Source of the DNA: Burkholderiales bacterium
Lineage (GTDB): Bacteria; Pseudomonadota; Gammaproteobacteria; Burkholderiales; JACQAP01
Assembly: GCA_036274775.1 (NCBI GenBank)
Contig: DASUFB010000033.1
Location: forward strand, 16,426-80,425
DNA: 64,000 nt
Direction: 5' to 3'
Part shown: in pieces, positions 9,515-18,371 of the stretch
Numbering within the stretch: the first letter of the stretch is position 1
Layout: every line of letters starts with the position of its first letter
Program-made: the position numbers and the translations under genes
The notes under the pieces: model-generated
Told to the model about the DNA's origin: nothing
The model's input: only the letters and a program-made list of their open reading frames with translations
Databases searched by the model: none

Positions 9515-9594
9515 CGGCCCTGCGGATGCGCTGCGGTAGAATTCGCCGTCCCAACTGTGCAGCCGGGGGTTCGTGAAATGCGGGGAGTGTCGAA

Positions 9595-10344
9595 ATGAAG
9601 GTGCTGGTCGCCGTGAAGCGGGTCGTGGACTTCAACGTCAAGGTGCGCGTCAAGCCGGACGGCTCGGGCGTGGAGACCGCGAACGTGAAGATGTCGATGA
9701 ATCCCTTCGACGAGATTGCGATGGAGGAGGCCATGCGCCTGAAGGAAGCGGGCGCGGCCACCGAGGTGGTGGCGGTGTCGGTCGGCACGGCGCAGTCGCA
9801 GGAGACGCTGCGCACGGCGCTGGCCATCGGTGCGGACCGCGCCATCCTGGTCGAGACCGCCGTGGAGACCCAGCCGCTCGCGGTGGCCAAGGTGCTCAAG
9901 GCCGTCGTCGCGAAGGAGCAGCCCGGCCTCGTGATCATGGGCAAGCAAGCCATCGACGACGACTCGAACCAGACCGGCCAGATGCTTGCGGCGTTGACGG
10001 GCTGGTCCCAGGCGACCTTCGCCTCGAAGCTCAAGGTGGGCGGCGCGGCGGCGGAAGTCACGCGCGAAGTCGACGGCGGCCTCGAGACGCTGTCCGTCAA
10101 GCTGCCGGCGGTGGTCACCACGGACCTGCGCCTGAACGAGCCGCGCTACGTGACGCTGCCAAACATCATGAAGGCGAAGAAGAAGCCGCTGGAGACCGTG
10201 ACGCCCGAGGCCCTCGGCGTGGACGTTTCGCCGCGGCTGAAGACGCTCAAGGTGCAGGAGCCGCCGAAGCGCAGCGCCGGCAAGATGGTCAAGAACGTGC
10301 AGGAGCTCGTCGAAAAGCTCAAAACCGAAGCGAAGGTCATCTGA
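9595..10344 (+). CDS. etfB: electron transfer flavoprotein beta subunit
   Basis: 249 aa. [12 protein letters not shown]...VRVK start typical of EtfB. GGGGAG Shine-Dalgarno. Confidence 0.95.
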   Translation: MKVLVAVKRVVDFNVKVRVKPDGSGVETANVKMSMNPFDEIAMEEAMRLKEAGAATEVVAVSVGTAQSQETLRTALAIGADRAILVETAVETQPLAVAKVLKAVVAKEQPGLVIMGKQAIDDDSNQTGQMLAALTGWSQATFASKLKVGGAAAEVTREVDGGLETLSVKLPAVVTTDLRLNEPRYVTLPNIMKAKKKPLETVTPEALGVDVSPRLKTLKVQEPPKRSAGKMVKNVQELVEKLKTEAKVI

Positions 10345-11273
10345 TGGCTATCCTCGTCATTGCCGAGCACGACAACGCTTCGGTCAAGCCGGCCACGCTG
10401 CATGCGGTCAACGCTGCGGGCAGGATAGGCCGCGACATCGACATCCTGGTGGCGGGCCACCAGTGCGCGGGCGCCGCTGCGGCCGCCGCCGCCATCGCTG
10501 GCGTGAGGAAGGTCAGGGTGGCGGACGCGCCCCACTACGGCGAGGGCCTCGCCGAAAACCTGGCCGCGCTGGTCGTCGCGCTCGCGCGCGACTACAGCCA
10601 CGTGCTCGCGGCCTCGACCAGCTCGGGCAAGAACGTCATGCCGCGCGTGGCGGCGCTGCTCGACGTGGCCCAGGTCTCGGACATCGTCAAGGTGGAATCG
10701 CCGGACACCTTCGTGCGGCCGATCTATGCGGGCAACGCGCTCGCCACGGTGCAGTCGATCGACCCGATCAAGATCGTCACGGTGCGCACGACGGGCTTCG
10801 ACGCCGCGCCGGCGACCGGCGGCTCGGCCGCGACCGAGAACGTCGCGGCCGGCGCCGACAGCGGGCTTTCCTCGCTCGTGGGCCGCGAACTCACGAAATC
10901 GGCGCGCCCCGAGCTGACCTCGGCGCGCGTCATCGTGTCGGGCGGGCGCGGCATGGGCAGCGGCGAGAACTTCAGGATCCTCGAGGCGCTGGCCGACAAG
11001 CTCGGCGCCGCGGTGGGCGCGTCGCGCGCAGCGGTGGATTCCGGCTTCGTGCCGAACGACTACCAGGTCGGCCAGACCGGCAAGATCGTCGCCCCCGAGC
11101 TCTACATAGCCGTGGGCATCTCCGGTGCGATCCAGCACTTGGCGGGAATGAAGGACAGCAAGGTCATCGTCGCCATCAACAAGGACGCTGAAGCGCCTAT
11201 CTTCCAGGTCGCGGACTACGGGCTCGTCGCGGACCTGTTCCAGGCCGTGCCGGAGCTGACCTCGCAGCTTTGA
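10344..11273 (+). CDS. etfA: electron transfer flavoprotein alpha subunit
   Basis: [11 protein letters not shown]... start overlaps the etfB stop (TGATG). FAD-binding C-terminal block [19 protein letters not shown]. Confidence 0.95.
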   Translation: MAILVIAEHDNASVKPATLHAVNAAGRIGRDIDILVAGHQCAGAAAAAAAIAGVRKVRVADAPHYGEGLAENLAALVVALARDYSHVLAASTSSGKNVMPRVAALLDVAQVSDIVKVESPDTFVRPIYAGNALATVQSIDPIKIVTVRTTGFDAAPATGGSAATENVAAGADSGLSSLVGRELTKSARPELTSARVIVSGGRGMGSGENFRILEALADKLGAAVGASRAAVDSGFVPNDYQVGQTGKIVAPELYIAVGISGAIQHLAGMKDSKVIVAINKDAEAPIFQVADYGLVADLFQAVPELTSQL

Positions 11274-11455
11274 AGGGCCTGAGCCACAGAGGACACAAAG
11301 AGCACAGAGAAAACCTGGAGAAGAGTCACAGGCGGAAGCATGCGGGCGGGCACGGCCCGATCGGGCAACGGGCTGCGACGGACAATCACCGGCCAAGAAC
11401 GAAATCCCATCTCCTGAATTTTCTCTGTGCTCTCCGTGTCCTCTGTGGCTGAAGA
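11271..11455. repeat. tandem-unit hairpin element, copy B (CACAGAG/ACAAAGAG units)
   Basis: 31-nt arms 11283-11313 (gccacagaggacacaaagagcacagagaaaa) and 11419-11449 (reverse complement, 2 mismatches). 105-nt centre. Begins at the etfA stop (TGAAGGGCC). Confidence 0.9.
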
Positions 11456-11507
11456 ATGAAACGATTGGTGCAGGGTTTCCGGGTTCGACGACCCTAAGGA
11501 GTCGCAA

Positions 11508-13301
11508 ATGTCCACTTACTCAGCCCCGATCCGCGACATGAAGTTCGTCGTCAAGGAACTGGTCGGGCTCGACGAGATCGCCGCGCTGCCGGGCTGCGAG
11601 GACCTCACGCCCGACGTCGTGGACGCCGTGCTCGAGGAAGCCGGCAAGTTCGCCACCGGCGTGCTGGACCCGCTGAACCGCGCCGGCGACGTGACCGGCG
11701 CGACGTGGAAGGACACCGCGGTGACCGCGGCACCGGGCTTCAAGGACGCCTTCAGGCAGTTCGCCGAGGGCGGATGGACCGGGCTCGCCTGCGATCCGGC
11801 ATACGGCGGACAGGGCCTGCCGCACATCCTCTCCGCCCAGACGTCGGAGATGTGGAACGCGGCCAACATGTCGTTCTGCCTGTGCCCGATGCTGACCGCG
11901 GGCGTGGTCGCGTCGCTGATGCGTCATGGCTCCGACCAGCAGAAGGACGCCTATCTGCCCAATCTCGTGTCGGGCAAGTGGACGGGTACGATGAATCTCA
12001 CGGAGCCGCAGGCGGGCTCCGACCTGTCCGCGGTGCGCACGCGCGCCGTGCCCGAGGGCGACCACTACCGCCTGCACGGCACCAAGATATTCATCACCTG
12101 GGGCGAGCACGACATGGCGGAGAACATCATCCACATGGTGCTCGCGCGCACGCCCGATGCGCCCGAGGGCGTCAAGGGCATCTCGCTGTTCCTGGTGCCC
12201 AAGTTCCTGGTCAACGCCGACGGCAGCCTCGGCAGGCGCAACGACGTGAAGTGCGTGTCCATCGAGCACAAGCTCGGCATCCACGGCAGCCCGACCTGCG
12301 TGATGGCCTACGGCGACGGCGGGGGCGCCATCGGCTACCTCGTCGGCGAGGAAAACCGCGGGCTGGAGTTCATGTTCACGATGATGAACTTCGCGCGCCT
12401 GGAAGTCGGCATCGAGGGCGTGGCCGTCGCCGAGCGCGCCTACCAGCATGCGCTCGAGTACGCGCGCAACCGCGTCCAGGGCAGGGAGATCGGCGTCAGG
12501 ACCGGCGAGCGGGTCACCATCATCCACCACCCGGACGTGCGGCGCATGCTCATGGGGATGAAGGCGCAGACCGAGGCCATGCGCGCGGTCGCGACGCTCG
12601 CCTCCGCGCACCTCGACAAGGCGCTGCTGCATCCCGACAAGGCCGAGCGCGCCAGGTCGCAGGCCATGTTCGACCTCCTCACTCCCGTGGTGAAAGGCTG
12701 GTGCACCGAGCAGTCCATCGAGATCGCCTCGACCGGCGTGCAGGTGCATGGCGGCATGGGCTTCGTCGAGGAGACCGGCGCCGCTCAATACCTGCGAGAT
12801 GCGCGCATCACCACCATCTACGAGGGCACCACCGGCATCCAGGCGAACGATCTCATCGGGCGCAAGGTCGCCTACGAGAAAGGCGCAACCATCAGGCTGC
12901 TGATCGAGGAGATGCGCGGGCTCGACGCCGGGCTCGGCAAGGCCGGACATCCCGGACTCGCGGTGATCCGTCGCGCGCTGGCCGACGGCGTGGCGGCGCT
13001 CGCCGAGGCGACCGACTGGCTGCTGGCGACCTACCCCGGCAACATGAAGGCGGCCTCCGCGGGCGCCGTCCCGTTCCTGAAGCTGTTCGGCACGGTGGCG
13101 GGCGGCTGGCAGATGGCGCGCGCCGCACTGATCGCCAAGGCGCGCCTGGACGAGAACACCGGGGACTATGACTTCTATCGCGCCAAGCTCGCCACCGCGC
13201 GCTATTTCGCCGAGCACGCGCTGCCGCTCGCTTCGGCCTACAAGCACGAGGTCGTGAACGGCTCCGGCAGCGTGCTGGCGCTGGAAGAAGCCCAGTTCTG
13301 A
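11508..13301 (+). CDS. acyl-CoA dehydrogenase (large ~600 aa type)
   Basis: 597 aa. ACAD N/M/C domains (TEPQAGSDL, HGGMGF) plus a C-terminal extension. AAGGAG Shine-Dalgarno. Confidence 0.9.
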   Translation: MSTYSAPIRDMKFVVKELVGLDEIAALPGCEDLTPDVVDAVLEEAGKFATGVLDPLNRAGDVTGATWKDTAVTAAPGFKDAFRQFAEGGWTGLACDPAYGGQGLPHILSAQTSEMWNAANMSFCLCPMLTAGVVASLMRHGSDQQKDAYLPNLVSGKWTGTMNLTEPQAGSDLSAVRTRAVPEGDHYRLHGTKIFITWGEHDMAENIIHMVLARTPDAPEGVKGISLFLVPKFLVNADGSLGRRNDVKCVSIEHKLGIHGSPTCVMAYGDGGGAIGYLVGEENRGLEFMFTMMNFARLEVGIEGVAVAERAYQHALEYARNRVQGREIGVRTGERVTIIHHPDVRRMLMGMKAQTEAMRAVATLASAHLDKALLHPDKAERARSQAMFDLLTPVVKGWCTEQSIEIASTGVQVHGGMGFVEETGAAQYLRDARITTIYEGTTGIQANDLIGRKVAYEKGATIRLLIEEMRGLDAGLGKAGHPGLAVIRRALADGVAALAEATDWLLATYPGNMKAASAGAVPFLKLFGTVAGGWQMARAALIAKARLDENTGDYDFYRAKLATARYFAEHALPLASAYKHEVVNGSGSVLALEEAQF

Positions 13302-13326
13302 GCCCCTGCGGCACGGCGGTCCATGC

Positions 13327-13352
13327 AAACGCGGCCACGGGCCGCGTTTTTT
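13327..13352 (+). terminator. Rho-independent terminator
   Basis: aaacgcggcc-acg-ggccgcgtt followed by tttttt, 26 nt after the acyl-CoA dehydrogenase stop. Confidence 0.8.
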
Positions 13353-13371
13353 CGGCTCCGAGCCGGAAGCA

Positions 13372-13418
13372 TTGACAAGACCAGTCCGGCCGACCATGAT
13401 TCAAACGTTTGTTTGAAT
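13372..13418 (+). promoter_or_regulatory. sigma70-like promoter overlapped by a PsrA-type (CAAAC-N4-GTTTG) TetR operator
   Basis: TTGACA (13372-13377), 17 nt, CATGAT (13395-13400). Palindrome ATTCAAAC-gttt-GTTTGAAT at 13399-13418, also containing the 10-bp palindrome CAAACGTTTG. Sits 41 nt upstream of the tetR start. Confidence 0.6.
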
Positions 13419-13458
13419 TGCGTGCCGGACCGCGTATCGTGCCGGCCACGGGTGCCAC

Positions 13459-14202
13459 ATGGCTGCATCGAAAACGGGACGCGCCGGAAACGGCAGGGCG
13501 CCGCGGCGCCACGCCGGCAGCGGTCGCACGGCCGATACCCGCGAGCGGCTGCTGGCTGCGGCCGAATCCCTGTTCATGGAGAAGGGCTACGCCGCGACGT
13601 CGCTGCGGGAGATCACTGCGCACGCCGGGGCCAACCTCGCCGCGGTCAATTACCACTTCGGCTCCAAGGAAGCACTGATCCGGGAGGTGTTCGAGCGCCG
13701 GCTCGGATCCCTGAATGCGCACAGGGTCGCCTGCCTCGACCGTCTCGAGGCGGCCGCGCAGGGCAAGCCGCTTGCCGTCGAGCAAATCCTCGAGGCGATC
13801 CTGGCGCCGCTGCTCGAGGCCGGCCAGGAGCCGCTGGCGCGAGGCGCCGACCTGCTGCGCCTGCTGGGGCGGGCGTTTTCCGAGCCCACCGGGGCGCTGA
13901 GCGGGATCCTGCCGGCGCAGTACCGGCAGGTCGTCATCCGCTTCAAGCAGGCGATGACGCGCGCGCTGCCGGAAGTCCCCGACCGGGAGCTGACCTGGCG
14001 CATGCACTTCATGTTCGGCACGCTGTCCTATGCCATGGCGGGCAACGACGCGCTGCACCTGATCGCTACCTGCAATCTCGACGGCGGCGACGATGCGGCG
14101 GCCATCGTGCGCCGGCTGATCCCGTTCCTCGCCGCGGGCCTGCGGGCACCGCTGCCGGCCGTACGAACCAGCGGCGCCCAGCCTGGCCTGAAGGCCGCGT
14201 GA
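13459..14202 (+). CDS. TetR/AcrR-family transcriptional regulator (fatty-acid degradation type)
   Basis: HTH block RERLLAAAESLFMEKGYAATSLREITAHAGANLAAVNYHFGSKEAL. First gene of the fadE operon. Confidence 0.88.
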   Translation: MAASKTGRAGNGRAPRRHAGSGRTADTRERLLAAAESLFMEKGYAATSLREITAHAGANLAAVNYHFGSKEALIREVFERRLGSLNAHRVACLDRLEAAAQGKPLAVEQILEAILAPLLEAGQEPLARGADLLRLLGRAFSEPTGALSGILPAQYRQVVIRFKQAMTRALPEVPDRELTWRMHFMFGTLSYAMAGNDALHLIATCNLDGGDDAAAIVRRLIPFLAAGLRAPLPAVRTSGAQPGLKAA

Positions 14203-14233
14203 GGCGCCGCGACGCACCGAAGAGGAGAGCCAC

Positions 14234-16729
14234 ATGAACACCATTGCCTGGTTGGCCGCAGCGGCAGCGCTGCTCTGGATGTTGGCCTACGCGCGTGCCG
14301 GCGCCGCGGCCTGGGCGGCGTGCGTCGCCGTCTTCCTCGGCGCGTTCACGCTGTGGTCGGGCGCCGGCGGCGCCGTGAAGGCGGCGCTGTGGACGGTGTT
14401 CCTGATCCTGGCCGCGCTGCTGATGGTGCCGCCGCTGCGGCGCGTGCTCGTCAGCGATCCGCTGTTCCAGTGGTTCCGCAAGGCGCTGCCCCAGGTGTCG
14501 CAGACCGAGCAGGAGGCACTGGACGCCGGCACGGTCTGGTGGGACGGCGAGCTGTTCAGCGGCCGGCCCGACTGGGGCAAGCTCTTCAGCACGCCCAGGC
14601 CGCGGCTCGCGCCGGACGAGCAGGCTTTCCTGGACGGCCCGGTCGAGGAGCTTTGCCGCCTGTGCGACGACTGGGAAATCTCCTACGAGCTGAATGACCT
14701 GCCGCCGCAGGTGTGGCAGTTCATCCGCGACCGCGGCTTCCTGGGCATGATCATCCCGCGCGAGTACGGCGGGCTCGGCTTCTCGGCGTATGCGCACTCG
14801 CAGGTCGTGCAAAAGCTCGCCACGCGCAACGCCACGGCCTGCGTGTCGGTCATGGTGCCCAATTCGCTCGGTCCCGCAGAGCTGCTGCTTCACTATGGCA
14901 CGCAGGCGCAGAAGAACCTCTATCTGCCGCGGCTGGCGAAGGGGCTGGAAATGCCGTGCTTCGCGCTGACCGGCCCGGAAGCCGGCTCGGATGCGGGTGC
15001 GATCCCGGATTTCGGCGTGGTCTGCAAGGGCCTGCACGAGGGCCGCGAGGTCACCGGCATCCGGCTGACCTGGGAGAAGCGCTACATCACGCTGGGCCCG
15101 GTGGCGACGCTGCTCGGGCTGGCGTTCAAGTTGCACGATCCCGACGGCCTGCTCGGCGGCACGGAAGACGTCGGCATCACGCTGGCGCTGATCCCGACCT
15201 CGCATCCCGGCGTGAACATCGGGCGCCGGCATTTCCCGCTGAACGCGTCGTTCATGAACGGCCCGAACTGGGGCAAGGACGTCTTCGTCCCGCTCGACTG
15301 GGTCATCGGCGGGCGCGATTACGTCGGGCAGGGCTGGCGCATGCTCATGGAATGCCTGGCGGCGGGGCGCTCGATCTCGCTGCCCTCGTCGAGCGCAGGT
15401 GCGGCCAAGCTCGCGTTGCGCACGACCAGTGCCTATTCGCGCGTGCGCAGCCAGTTCAAGATCGCCATCGGCAAGTTCGAGGGCGTCGAGGAGGCGCTCG
15501 CGCGCATGGCTGGCAACACCTATGCGATCGATGCGGCGCGCACCATGACGGCCGGCGCGGTCGACCTCGGCGAGAAGCCCTCCGTGATCTCGGCCATCGT
15601 CAAGTACCACTGCACCGAGCGCGGCCGCCAGGTCATCAACGACGCCATGGACATCCACGGCGGCAAGGGCATCTGCCTCGGGCCGAACAACTATCTCGGG
15701 CGCGCCTACCAGCAGGTGCCGATCGGCATCACGGTCGAGGGCGCGAACATCCTGACGCGCAGCATGATGATCTTCGGCCAGGGCGCGATCCGCTGCCATC
15801 CCTACGTGCTCGCGGAAATCGCCGCCACGCGCAATGCCGACGCCAGGCAGGGTGCCGAAGAGTTCGACGCGGCGTTCTGGGACCACGTGCGCTTCGTGCT
15901 GCGCAATGCCGCGCGCTCGCTGTGGCAGGGGCTCACCGGCGCGCGCCTCGTCGCGGCGCCCGGCGCGCCGGAGCTCAGGGGCTATGTGCGCCAGCTCACG
16001 CGGCTCGCCGCGGGGTTCGCCTTCACGGCTGACGTGGCGATGCTGTTCCTGGGCGGCGACCTGAAGCGTCGCGAGAAGCTTTCGGCGCGCCTGGGCGACA
16101 TCCTGAGCCAGCTCTACATCGCCTCCTCCGTGCTGAAGCGCTACGAGGACGACGGCCGCCCGTACGCGGACCTGCCGCTCGCGACCTGGGCGCTGGACGA
16201 CTGCCTGCTGCGCGTCCAGGAGGCCTTTTACGGCGTGTTCGGCAACTTCCCCTCGCGCGTGACCGGCATGCTGCTGCGCATGGCCGTGTTCCCGCTCGGA
16301 CGCGCGTTCGACGCGCCCGGCGACCGCACCGGCCGCGAGATCGCGAAGCTGCTGCTCGAATCCACGCCCACGCGCGAGCGTGTGGCGTCGAACGTGTTCG
16401 TGATGCGCAGCGAGCACGACCCGGTCGGGCGTCTGGAGCTCGCGATGCAGGTCGCGCCCGCCGGCGAGGCCATCGAGGCCAAGGTCCGCAGCGCAGCCCG
16501 TGCGGGCGCCATCGCCGGCCTGACCGAGGCGGCGCTCGTGGCTGCCGCCACGGACAGGGGCATCATCAGCGCCGCGGAGGCCGCGCAACTGCAGCAGTTC
16601 AGCGCGCTGCGCCGGCGCTGCATCATGGTCGACGATTTCCCGCATGACGTCGGGCGCCACCAGGTCGCGCGCGAGCCGGCGAGCGTCATGCCGCTGGGAG
16701 AGGCCGTCTCCCGGAAGAGCGCTGCATGA
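14234..16729 (+). CDS. fadE: acyl-CoA dehydrogenase FadE (membrane-associated, ~830 aa)
   Basis: 831 aa. N-terminal hydrophobic segments, then ACAD domains and a DUF1974-like C-terminus, as in E. coli FadE. Confidence 0.9.
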   Translation: MNTIAWLAAAAALLWMLAYARAGAAAWAACVAVFLGAFTLWSGAGGAVKAALWTVFLILAALLMVPPLRRVLVSDPLFQWFRKALPQVSQTEQEALDAGTVWWDGELFSGRPDWGKLFSTPRPRLAPDEQAFLDGPVEELCRLCDDWEISYELNDLPPQVWQFIRDRGFLGMIIPREYGGLGFSAYAHSQVVQKLATRNATACVSVMVPNSLGPAELLLHYGTQAQKNLYLPRLAKGLEMPCFALTGPEAGSDAGAIPDFGVVCKGLHEGREVTGIRLTWEKRYITLGPVATLLGLAFKLHDPDGLLGGTEDVGITLALIPTSHPGVNIGRRHFPLNASFMNGPNWGKDVFVPLDWVIGGRDYVGQGWRMLMECLAAGRSISLPSSSAGAAKLALRTTSAYSRVRSQFKIAIGKFEGVEEALARMAGNTYAIDAARTMTAGAVDLGEKPSVISAIVKYHCTERGRQVINDAMDIHGGKGICLGPNNYLGRAYQQVPIGITVEGANILTRSMMIFGQGAIRCHPYVLAEIAATRNADARQGAEEFDAAFWDHVRFVLRNAARSLWQGLTGARLVAAPGAPELRGYVRQLTRLAAGFAFTADVAMLFLGGDLKRREKLSARLGDILSQLYIASSVLKRYEDDGRPYADLPLATWALDDCLLRVQEAFYGVFGNFPSRVTGMLLRMAVFPLGRAFDAPGDRTGREIAKLLLESTPTRERVASNVFVMRSEHDPVGRLELAMQVAPAGEAIEAKVRSAARAGAIAGLTEAALVAAATDRGIISAAEAAQLQQFSALRRRCIMVDDFPHDVGRHQVAREPASVMPLGEAVSRKSAA

Positions 16730-17508
16730 GCGGCGTCGTGAAGGTCTCGGTCGCGGCGGGCGTGGCGACCATCGCCCTGAACCGCCCGCAGGTGCTCAAC
16801 GCGATGGACGGCGAGATGATGCGCGAGCTGCGGCCGGCCACGGAGAGGCTGGAGCGGGACGATTCGGTGCGCGCGGTGGTCATCCGCGGGGAAGGGGCCG
16901 CATTCATGGCCGGCGGCGACGTTGCCGTGTTTCACAGGCACCTTGCGGAGCTGCCCGAGAGCATCGTCATCTGGGGCCGCGAGATGCACGCCGCCTTCCT
17001 GGCGCTGCGGCGCATGGGCAAGCCGGTGCTCGCGAGCGTGCACGGCGCGGTGGCGGGGGCCGGATTCAGCCTCATGTGCGCCGCCGATCTCGCCGTCGCC
17101 GCGGCCGACACGCGCTTCACGCTCGCCTACGCGAACATCGGAGCGAGCCCGGACGGCGGCAGCACGTATTTCCTGCCGCGGCTGGTCGGCTACAAGAAGG
17201 CCATGGAGCTCATCATGCTGCCGGACCGGTTCGACGCCGAGACGGCGCGCCAGCAGGGGCTCGTGAACTGGGTCGTTCCCGCCGAGAGGCTCGCGGAGGA
17301 GACGGCCCGCATCGCGCAGCGTCTGGCTTCGGGTCCGACCGGCGCGTTCGCGGAGGCGAAGCGGCTCGTCAACGGATCGCTCGATGCCATGGAAGCGCAG
17401 ATGGAGGCCGAATTGCAGGCCTTTGCGCGCTGCGCGCGCAAGGCCGATCTCAAGGAGGGCGTGACCGCCTTCGTCGAGAAACGCAAACCTGCGTTCACGG
17501 GGGCCTGA
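16726..17508 (+). CDS. enoyl-CoA hydratase/isomerase family protein
   Basis: 260 aa crotonase fold (FMAGGDV ... GAVAGAGFSLMCAADL). Start overlaps the fadE stop (ATGA). Confidence 0.88.
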   Translation: MSGVVKVSVAAGVATIALNRPQVLNAMDGEMMRELRPATERLERDDSVRAVVIRGEGAAFMAGGDVAVFHRHLAELPESIVIWGREMHAAFLALRRMGKPVLASVHGAVAGAGFSLMCAADLAVAAADTRFTLAYANIGASPDGGSTYFLPRLVGYKKAMELIMLPDRFDAETARQQGLVNWVVPAERLAEETARIAQRLASGPTGAFAEAKRLVNGSLDAMEAQMEAELQAFARCARKADLKEGVTAFVEKRKPAFTGA

Positions 17509-17510
17509 GC

Positions 17511-18329
17511 GTGGCGACCCTGAAAGGCAAGACCGCATTCATCACCGGCGCTACGCGCGGCATCGGCCGCGAGATCGCGCTGCGCTTCGCGCGCGACGGT
17601 GCCAGCGTCGTGGTCACGGGCAAGACGGTCGAGGCGGGCGGCAAGCTGGCCGGCACCATCCATACCACGGCGGCGGAAGTGGAGCAGGCCGGCGGCCGGG
17701 CCCTGGCGTTGCAGCTCGACGTGCGTGACGAGGCGGCCGTGGCCGCCGCCGTGAAGGCCGCCGCGGAGCGCTTCGGCGGCATCGACATCCTGGTGAACAA
17801 CGCCAGCGCGCTGTCCACGACGGGCACCATGGCCACGCCCGCGAAGCGCTACGATCTCATGAACCAGATCAATGCGCGCGGCACCTTCGTCTGCTCGCAG
17901 GCCTGCATTCCCTGGCTCGAGAAGGCCGCCAATCCGCACATCCTGACGCTGTCGCCGCCGCTGAACCTGAACCCGAAATGGTTCAGGGACCACGTGGCCT
18001 ACACCATCGCGAAATACGGCATGAGCATGTGCACGCTGGGCATGTCGGCGGAGTTCGCCGATCGCGGCATCGCGGTGAATTCCCTGTGGCCCCGCACGAC
18101 GATCGCGACCGCCGCCGTCGAAGTCTTCTTCCCGCAGGCGCTCGCCGGCAGCCGCAAGCCGGCGATCATGGCCGACGCTGCGTATGCCATCGTCACGAAG
18201 GACAGCCGCAGGGTCACGGGACGCTTTTTCATCGACGAGGACCTGCTGCGCGAGGAAGGCGTCTCGGATTTCGCGCCCTATGCGCTCACGCCGGGAGCGA
18301 GGCTGTTCCAGGACATATTCCTCGACTGA
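17511..18329 (+). CDS. SDR-family oxidoreductase (HSDL2-like)
   Basis: GTG start 2 nt after the previous stop. TGATRGIG Rossmann motif, NNAS, YTIAK catalytic Tyr/Lys. Confidence 0.85.
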   Translation: MATLKGKTAFITGATRGIGREIALRFARDGASVVVTGKTVEAGGKLAGTIHTTAAEVEQAGGRALALQLDVRDEAAVAAAVKAAAERFGGIDILVNNASALSTTGTMATPAKRYDLMNQINARGTFVCSQACIPWLEKAANPHILTLSPPLNLNPKWFRDHVAYTIAKYGMSMCTLGMSAEFADRGIAVNSLWPRTTIATAAVEVFFPQALAGSRKPAIMADAAYAIVTKDSRRVTGRFFIDEDLLREEGVSDFAPYALTPGARLFQDIFLD

Positions 18330-18371
18330 CGCCTCGGGCGATGCCGAAAACGACAACGATGGGAGGGGGCA

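Noticed and set aside
11270-11452. Small ORFs spanning the repeat elements. Examples are the 60 aa at 11270-11452, the 61 aa at 24512-24697, the 73 aa at 24509-24730, and the PFTFHLSPF... stretch of 55124-56416.
   Set aside because: They are read straight through tandem-repeat arms, which gives periodic peptides such as HEDTKDTKEHEE. They have no Shine-Dalgarno, and their ends coincide with the repeat boundaries.
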